The notes beneath the pieces were generated by a model. That model worked only from the letters and a program-made list of their open reading frames with translations. It did not search any database and was not told the DNA's origin. Made by a program: the position numbers and the translations under genes. This document shows positions 58,071 through 64,000 of a stretch of DNA of 64,000 bases, one piece after another. Where the stretch lies: positions 1 to 64,000 of the forward strand of contig BTVY01000028.1 of assembly GCA_045863335.1 (NCBI GenBank), in the 5' to 3' direction. How positions within the stretch are numbered: position 1 is the first letter of the stretch; each line of letters begins with the position of its first letter. The stretch is from Candidatus Hydrogenedentota bacterium (GTDB lineage Bacteria > Hydrogenedentota > Hydrogenedentia > Hydrogenedentales > SLHB01).

Positions 58071-61000
58071 ATGAATGCATCGGTACCTGATTTCGATACG
58101 CCCCGCAAGCGCTACCACGCGCGCGGATTCTGGTCGCTGGTGGTGACCCAGTTCCAGGGCGCTTTCAACGACAACCTCTACAAACTGGTCATGGTGTTCG
58201 CGCTCGCGGCATACGCGGCCGAGGCGGGCACGAACTCCGAGCGCGGGTTTATCATGGCCGTCGCAGGCGTTGTACTCGCAGTTCCGTTCATCGTGTTTCC
58301 CGGGTTCTTCGGATCCTTGTCGGACCGGTTCAGCAAGAAACGCGTCGCAGTCTGGACGAAGTATCTCGAAGTCGGCGTCATGGCGCTTGGCGCGCTCGGT
58401 TTCTTTCTGCACGAGCCGATGCTTCTCTGGGTAGTCATGTTTCTGATGGCAAGCCAGTCTGCCATGTTCGGACCGGCTAAATACGGCATTCTGCCGGAGA
58501 TGCTCCCCGAGGAGCGGCTATCCTGGGCAAACGGTATCATCCAGATGTCCACGATGATCGCCATCATCGCCGGTACCGCTCTCGCCGGATACCTCTTCGA
58601 AGGGCTCGGAATCGACCGTGTCTTCATGGCCGGTGGCGTGCTCATGGGGCTGTCGGTTATCGGCTTGCTCTCTTCCTATGGCATCACCGAACCTCCCGCG
58701 GCGAATCCGGAACGCCGCCTAAGCGTGAATCCGTGGTCGGGGATGAGCCGCGATTTCCGGATCATCTGGCGCGATCGCTGGCTTCGCATGATCGTCGTCG
58801 GCTACACGTACTTCTGGTTCGCGGGCGCTCTCCTGTTTACCGCCATCATGGACTTCGTGGAAGTCCAGCTCGGTCTCGGAGAATCGGCGACGGGCGTGTT
58901 AAGCGCCGTGCTGTCGCTCGGCATCGGCGCGGGAGCCATGGCGGCCGGGTATGTCTCCCGCGGGAAGATCGAGGTCGGTCTCGTCCCCATGGGCGCTGTG
59001 CTGCTCGCGTTGGGCTGTCTCCTCATGCCCTGGCTGGGGGTTTCGTACCCCGCGGCAGCCGTCATGCTCTTGCTGATCGGTTTTGGCGGCGGCCTGTTCG
59101 ACGTTCCGCTGGCGGCGGGCTTGCAACAGCTGAGTCCCAAAGAGTCCCGCGGCGGCATCATTGCAACCACGAACATGATGACGTGGGTCGGCATTCTACT
59201 GGGCAACGTGACGTATATAGCCTTGGGTCAGATTGGTCTCGGCAGCCGCGTGGCGTTCTTGTTCACGGGAGCGGCGACCTTGGCCGTGCTGGCCGTATCT
59301 TGCGCGATTCTGCCTATCATCCTGGTCCGTTCGGTGCTGTGGGTATTGTCCAACACCATCTATCGCCTGAAGGTCGCCGGACGCGAGAACATCCCCGAAC
59401 AGGGCGGCGCGCTGCTGGTCGCGAATCACGTGTCTTTCATCGACGCGCTGGTGATCACGGCCGCTATCGATCGGCCCATCCGTTTCATCATGGCGGACGA
59501 AATCTACCAGGTGCGGTGGATTCGGCCTATCGCGAAAATGATGAACGCCATCCCCATCTCGGCCATGGGAGGACCGCGCGAACTCGTCCAGTCGTTGCGT
59601 ACGGCAACGGACGCCATTCAGAACCGCGAATTGGTCTGCATCTTCGCCGAAGGGCAGATCTCGCGCACGGGTCAGATGCTGCCATTCCGTAAAGGGTTCG
59701 AGCGGATTATGAAAGGTGTCGAAGCGCCGATCATTCCGGTATACCTGGACCAGCTTTGGGGCAGCATCTTCAGTTTTGCGAACGGCAAGTTCTTCTTCAA
59801 GAAACCGCGCCGCATCCCCTACCCCATCGGCGTATGCATCGGAAAGCGTCTGCCCCACGATAGCGACTCGGCACACGTGCGCACCTCGGTACAGGAGTTG
59901 GGCACCGAGGCCTACATGATGCGCGAACTGGAGTGTCCCCTACTGCATCGCGCCTTCGTGCGAACCGCGCGCAAGCACCCCTTCATGATGGCTATCGGCG
60001 ACGGCCGCACGCCAAAACTTTCGTTCTTCAAAACCTACGTAGGTTCCATCGCGCTGGCGCGCAAGCTCAAGAATATACTGGGACCGGAGGAAATGATCGG
60101 CCTGCTGCTGCCCCAATCCGTCGGCGGCGCGTTAGCAAACATCGCCGTCCAATTCATGGGCAAAGTCGCCGTGAACCTCAACTACACCGCGTCGGCCCAG
60201 TCCATCGCCTCCGCCGCGCGGCAGTGCGGCATTACGCAAGTCTTGACCGCGAAGGAATTCCTGGAAAGATTCCCTATCGACGTTCCGGGCACCCCCGTAT
60301 TCCTTGATGATGTGAAGAAATCGATCACCGCAGGCGACCGCATCATGGCAACACTTATCGCCTTGTTCTGTCCCGTTCGCGTCGTCGAGCGCTTGTGCGG
60401 TTGCGCGAAGCCCCGCACGGAAGAGGATCTCTGCACGATCATCTTCTCAAGCGGCAGCGAAGGCGAGCCCAAGGGCGTCATGCTGACGCACAAGAATGTG
60501 TTGTCCAACGTGGAAAGCATCGCTCAGGTGTTTCCCCACGAAACCGGCGACGGGATCATGGGCATCCTGCCCTTCTTCCACTCGTTCGGATTCATGGGCA
60601 CCCTGTGGCTGCCCATGTGGCGCGGGTTCTTCGCGGCGTACCATCCGAACCCCCTCGACGCGAAGATTATCGGACAGTTGGTCTACAAGTATCAGCCGCG
60701 GTTCCTGATCGCCACGCCCACTTTCCTGCAAGGCTTCATCCGCCGGTGCCTGCCGGAGGAATTCAGCAGTCTCGAATACGTCGTGACCGGCGCGGAGAAG
60801 CTCCCGACCCGCGTGCGCGAGGCTTTCCGCGCCAAGTTCGGCGTGGAACCGCTGGAAGGCTACGGCACGACGGAATGTTCGCCCGCGGTCTCCATCAATG
60901 TGCCGGACTATCGCGTGCCCGGCTTCTTCCAGAAAGGCACGAAGCACGGCACCATCGGCCAGGCCATGCCGGGCGTTTCCGTGAAAGTGACCGACCCCGA

Positions 61001-61511
61001 TACCGGCGAACGCCTGAACATCGGCGAAGCCGGGGTGCTTTGGGTAAAGGGCCCCAATATTATGAAGGGCTATCTCGGCCAGCCCGAAAAGACGGCTGAG
61101 GTGCTCCAGGACGGCTGGTACAACACCGGCGATATCGCGTCGATCGATGAAGATGGGTTCATCACCATCACCGACCGGCTCGCGCGCTTCAGCAAGATCG
61201 GCGGCGAGATGGTCCCGCACAACAAGGTCGAGGAGACGCTGCATCACCTGCTGGATATTCACGAGCAGACCTTCGCGGTCACCAGCGTGCCCGACGAGCA
61301 AAAAGGCGAACGCCTGGTCGTCTTGCACACGCTCATGGACGGCGAACTGGAAGTGCTTGTCGACAAGCTGAAAGACTGCGACCTCCCCAACTTGTGGCGG
61401 CCGAAGGCGACGTCCTTCTATCGCATTGCTGAGATTCCCGTCCTTGGCACCGGCAAGATGGATCTCAAGAAGATCAAGAGCCTCGCGAAGGAAATGGATG
61501 TAGGCGAGTAA
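58071..61511 (+). CDS. aas: Aas-type fusion: LplT-like MFS + acyltransferase + acyl-ACP synthetase
   Basis: TQFQGAFNDN..K, FGPAKYGILPE; NHVSFID, FAEG; FSSGSEGEPKG, EGYG.TE, GWY.TGD, RFSKIGGEMV, GTGK. Confidence 0.93.
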   Translation: MNASVPDFDTPRKRYHARGFWSLVVTQFQGAFNDNLYKLVMVFALAAYAAEAGTNSERGFIMAVAGVVLAVPFIVFPGFFGSLSDRFSKKRVAVWTKYLEVGVMALGALGFFLHEPMLLWVVMFLMASQSAMFGPAKYGILPEMLPEERLSWANGIIQMSTMIAIIAGTALAGYLFEGLGIDRVFMAGGVLMGLSVIGLLSSYGITEPPAANPERRLSVNPWSGMSRDFRIIWRDRWLRMIVVGYTYFWFAGALLFTAIMDFVEVQLGLGESATGVLSAVLSLGIGAGAMAAGYVSRGKIEVGLVPMGAVLLALGCLLMPWLGVSYPAAAVMLLLIGFGGGLFDVPLAAGLQQLSPKESRGGIIATTNMMTWVGILLGNVTYIALGQIGLGSRVAFLFTGAATLAVLAVSCAILPIILVRSVLWVLSNTIYRLKVAGRENIPEQGGALLVANHVSFIDALVITAAIDRPIRFIMADEIYQVRWIRPIAKMMNAIPISAMGGPRELVQSLRTATDAIQNRELVCIFAEGQISRTGQMLPFRKGFERIMKGVEAPIIPVYLDQLWGSIFSFANGKFFFKKPRRIPYPIGVCIGKRLPHDSDSAHVRTSVQELGTEAYMMRELECPLLHRAFVRTARKHPFMMAIGDGRTPKLSFFKTYVGSIALARKLKNILGPEEMIGLLLPQSVGGALANIAVQFMGKVAVNLNYTASAQSIASAARQCGITQVLTAKEFLERFPIDVPGTPVFLDDVKKSITAGDRIMATLIALFCPVRVVERLCGCAKPRTEEDLCTIIFSSGSEGEPKGVMLTHKNVLSNVESIAQVFPHETGDGIMGILPFFHSFGFMGTLWLPMWRGFFAAYHPNPLDAKIIGQLVYKYQPRFLIATPTFLQGFIRRCLPEEFSSLEYVVTGAEKLPTRVREAFRAKFGVEPLEGYGTTECSPAVSINVPDYRVPGFFQKGTKHGTIGQAMPGVSVKVTDPDTGERLNIGEAGVLWVKGPNIMKGYLGQPEKTAEVLQDGWYNTGDIASIDEDGFITITDRLARFSKIGGEMVPHNKVEETLHHLLDIHEQTFAVTSVPDEQKGERLVVLHTLMDGELEVLVDKLKDCDLPNLWRPKATSFYRIAEIPVLGTGKMDLKKIKSLAKEMDVGE

Positions 61512-61564
61512 AACTGCGTAGTCGCGACTACCTCTTCGCCAGCGACACGCTTGGGGATTTGGCA

Positions 61565-62548
61565 ATGAACGACGCAGTCGCCGAATCGAAACCGATCGAT
61601 ATCAGTGAATCCACACCCAGCACCTCCCGCGTGCTTCGTCGATTACGCGCCGGTGTCATGACGCTTATCGTCGCCCTGTGTTTCTGGGGTGGTTACCGGG
61701 GCGTGACCGGTTGGCTCGTCGACCGCGAGGACGAACGCGCGCCGCGCAATTCCGTTACCGGATTCATGTTGGGCGCGGAGCCACGCGACCTTGGCCCTGA
61801 AGATGCAACGAAGGCGGCACTCTTCGTCCATGGCTATGCCGGCTGTGGCAATAATTTCCGCGATGTGCCCGATCGCCTGGCCGAGGAAGGCTGGCGCGTA
61901 CGCGTACTCCTGCTGCCGGGCCACGGCACGAGCCCCAGGGATCTCGAGCACATCTCGGCCGATACCCTCATCGACACGGTCGTAGCGGAAGCAGAAACAT
62001 TACGCGAAGAGCACGGCAAGGTCATCCTGGTCGGACATTCCATGGGAAGCGCGTTAAGCACCATCGCCGCGTCGCAGACGAAAGTCGACGGGCTCGTCCT
62101 CGGCGGCGCATACTTCGGCGTTACCCACCGCTGGTACTACGGACTACGCCCGGAAACCTGGACCGTCATCGGCAGTCGCCTCGTCCGCTGGGTCTACAAA
62201 GGCGATCTGTTTTTGCAAGTCGATGACCGGAGTGTGAAAGACGACATCATCTGCTACACGTGGTTGCCGACACAATCGGGAGTCATGCTGAACGACCTTG
62301 GTCGGCGCGTGCGCGCGCCGGAGGTGTTGAACAACGTGAACTGCCCGGTGCTGATGCTGCACTCCCATGGGGATGTTGCAGCATCTCCCGAAGCCGCGGA
62401 GCGCGCGTTTGAAGGGATGGCGGCTACCGACAAGGAACTCGTGTGGCTGCCCAATTCCAACCACCACATCTACTGGGACTACGACCGCGATCAGGTCGAG
62501 CGCGAAATCGCGAAATTCGCGGTGAGTGTGAGCGGTCAGCCGAAGTAG
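61565..62548 (+). CDS. Membrane-anchored alpha/beta hydrolase (carboxylesterase/lysophospholipase-like)
   Basis: N-terminal TM; VHGY.G, LPGHG, GHSMG nucleophile elbow, HS..D, SNHH. Confidence 0.88.
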   Translation: MNDAVAESKPIDISESTPSTSRVLRRLRAGVMTLIVALCFWGGYRGVTGWLVDREDERAPRNSVTGFMLGAEPRDLGPEDATKAALFVHGYAGCGNNFRDVPDRLAEEGWRVRVLLLPGHGTSPRDLEHISADTLIDTVVAEAETLREEHGKVILVGHSMGSALSTIAASQTKVDGLVLGGAYFGVTHRWYYGLRPETWTVIGSRLVRWVYKGDLFLQVDDRSVKDDIICYTWLPTQSGVMLNDLGRRVRAPEVLNNVNCPVLMLHSHGDVAASPEAAERAFEGMAATDKELVWLPNSNHHIYWDYDRDQVEREIAKFAVSVSGQPK

Positions 62549-62591
62549 AACGCGCGGTAAACGCGGCTGAAACCGCGTCCGCGGCATATCC

Positions 62592-62690
62592 CTATCCCTT
62601 CTTGCCGAAAATCCGCGCGAAGCAATACACGTTGAGGGCGATGATGAGTGACCACGAAACGCCCATCAGTATCCACGCGCCCGCAGTCAT
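62592..62690 (-). CDS. Small membrane protein, probable MetS-like small subunit of the NSS transporter (32 aa)
   Basis: MTAGAWILMGVSWSLIIALNVYCFARIFGKKG; ATGA overlap with the transporter stop; GAGGAGG RBS. Confidence 0.75.
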   Translation of the reverse strand: MTAGAWILMGVSWSLIIALNVYCFARIFGKKG

Positions 62691-64000
62691 GACTCGTCCT
62701 CCTCTTCCACGTCCTCGAACAGATGAGGCCGTGTGCGCCACGCGTACCAGATACCGATGCAAAGCAGAAGTCCCACGCCGATGATCATTCCGCGCGCCAA
62801 CCAAAGGTAAGGATCTGCGCCGGCATGCAGGATCTTGGTCTTCCACACGTCCACCGACGAGACTGCGAGGAGAACAAGGATATACACGGGTGTGACGAAT
62901 GCCATAATGGGATAGAAAATGCGCGGCACATGGAAGTCCGCGCCCTCGTGCATCTCTTTCCAACCTCGCTTGACACCAAAAAACCAAGCGAACACAACCG
63001 CCTCGATAGCCGCGAATACAATCAGCAGATACGTCCCCGCCCAGTAGTCCAGTTCATCGATGATTCCCTTGTGCATGAACAGAATTACGGGCTGCATGAG
63101 CACAAAGATGATCACGCCCAGGATGGGGATCAGCTTCTTGCGGTCAATACCCAATTCATCCTGCAGGAATAGAAGCAGCGGGGTAAACATGGCGACGCTG
63201 GAGGTGAGCCCTGCAAGAAACAGCAGAACAAACCACATGGTTCCGAAAACCTGCCCGGCCGGAAGCTGTTGGAAGATCACGGGAAGACTGTAAAAACCAA
63301 TGTCGAACGCGCCACCGCCGGCGATCTCCTTTGCCACCGCCGGACCAAAAAAGATCACCGCGGCCGGCACCGCAATGGTCGCCCCCAACACCACTTCCAC
63401 GAACTCGTTGGTGCCCGTCGCCGCCAGGCCGTTAAGCGTCACGTCCTCGTCGCGCCTCAGGTAGCTGGCGTAGGTGTGGATCATGCCGAAGCCCAGGCTC
63501 AACGTAAAAAAGATCTGACCGGTAGCGTCGAGCCAAACGTTGGTATTCTTAAGGACCGACCAGTCGATCACCCACACTTCGGCAAGCCCGTCCGTTACCG
63601 TCCGCCCGTCAATCGGCGGCAAAGTCAGCACGCGCGCGGCGAGAATGACGCCCAACACCAATAGCGTAGGCATCGCATACTTCGCGACGATCTCGATCCC
63701 TTTCTCGATCCCCCTTGAGAAGACAATCATGTTGATCGCGAAGGTCAGTAGAAAGAAGAAGTAGGCTTTCCAACCGAAACTCACGGCGCCCGCATCGCTC
63801 AGACCGAGGTAGGAACCGAAGACGCCCTTCATGCTCTCCCGGCTCACATCGCCCCAGTACTCGCCGGTCATGGTCATCCACGCGTATCCAAGCGACCAGG
63901 ATTCGATGTACACGTAGTAGAGGCCAATCATCGCCGGGAGCAAGACGCCGAATACACCGAGGTACTTGGAAATAGGATTCTTCCAGAGCCGGTGGAACAT
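62687..64000 (-). CDS. Sodium-dependent transporter, NSS/SNF family (5' end outside window)
   Basis: YY.YIESW, GIE...K..MP.L, W.DA.GQIFFTLSLGFG...TYASY, LF.AGLTSS. Confidence 0.92.
   Translation of the reverse strand: MFHRLWKNPISKYLGVFGVLLPAMIGLYYVYIESWSLGYAWMTMTGEYWGDVSRESMKGVFGSYLGLSDAGAVSFGWKAYFFFLLTFAINMIVFSRGIEKGIEIVAKYAMPTLLVLGVILAARVLTLPPIDGRTVTDGLAEVWVIDWSVLKNTNVWLDATGQIFFTLSLGFGMIHTYASYLRRDEDVTLNGLAATGTNEFVEVVLGATIAVPAAVIFFGPAVAKEIAGGGAFDIGFYSLPVIFQQLPAGQVFGTMWFVLLFLAGLTSSVAMFTPLLLFLQDELGIDRKKLIPILGVIIFVLMQPVILFMHKGIIDELDYWAGTYLLIVFAAIEAVVFAWFFGVKRGWKEMHEGADFHVPRIFYPIMAFVTPVYILVLLAVSSVDVWKTKILHAGADPYLWLARGMIIGVGLLLCIGIWYAWRTRPHLFEDVEEEDES

Noticed and set aside
1-64000. Many long overlapping ORFs, e.g. 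5390-7207(-), 36021-37859(-), 2350-3297(+), 10925-11872(+), 60447-61565(-)
   Set aside because: Antisense or alternate-frame shadows of well-supported genes, expected in high-GC DNA; no recognisable motifs.

Overview
GC-rich bacterial chromosomal window with no prophage, CRISPR array, rRNA, tRNA or intact transposase. Gene content suggests a Candidatus Hydrogenedentes/PVC-like organism (inference from the DUF1559-type prepilin, planctomycete-type cytochrome c, alginate-export porin and many Tat-exported proteins). Recognisable genes are yajQ, nrfH-nrfA, rnpB (RNase P RNA), an mcp-cheW pair, clpB (with a sigma-54-like promoter), a cysteine synthase, ilvC, aas and a partial NSS transporter with its small subunit, plus many secreted hydrolases. 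Main signals not explained by the ORF track: (1) a four-layer nested non-coding insertion at 30401-31104 with visible target-site duplications; (2) a dispersed REP-doublet family and several other palindromic repeat families; (3) two tandem paralogous MSWWIW membrane microproteins at 1955-2271; (4) a DoxX fusion with an internal twin-arginine motif; (5) a divergent pair of Tat-exported fucose-isomerase-fold proteins; (6) a decayed toxin-antitoxin/immunity islet at 24.1-26.5 kb. All family assignments are from motif recognition by eye, with no database searches. Start codons were often moved downstream of the ORF-track starts using RBS and signal-peptide evidence.
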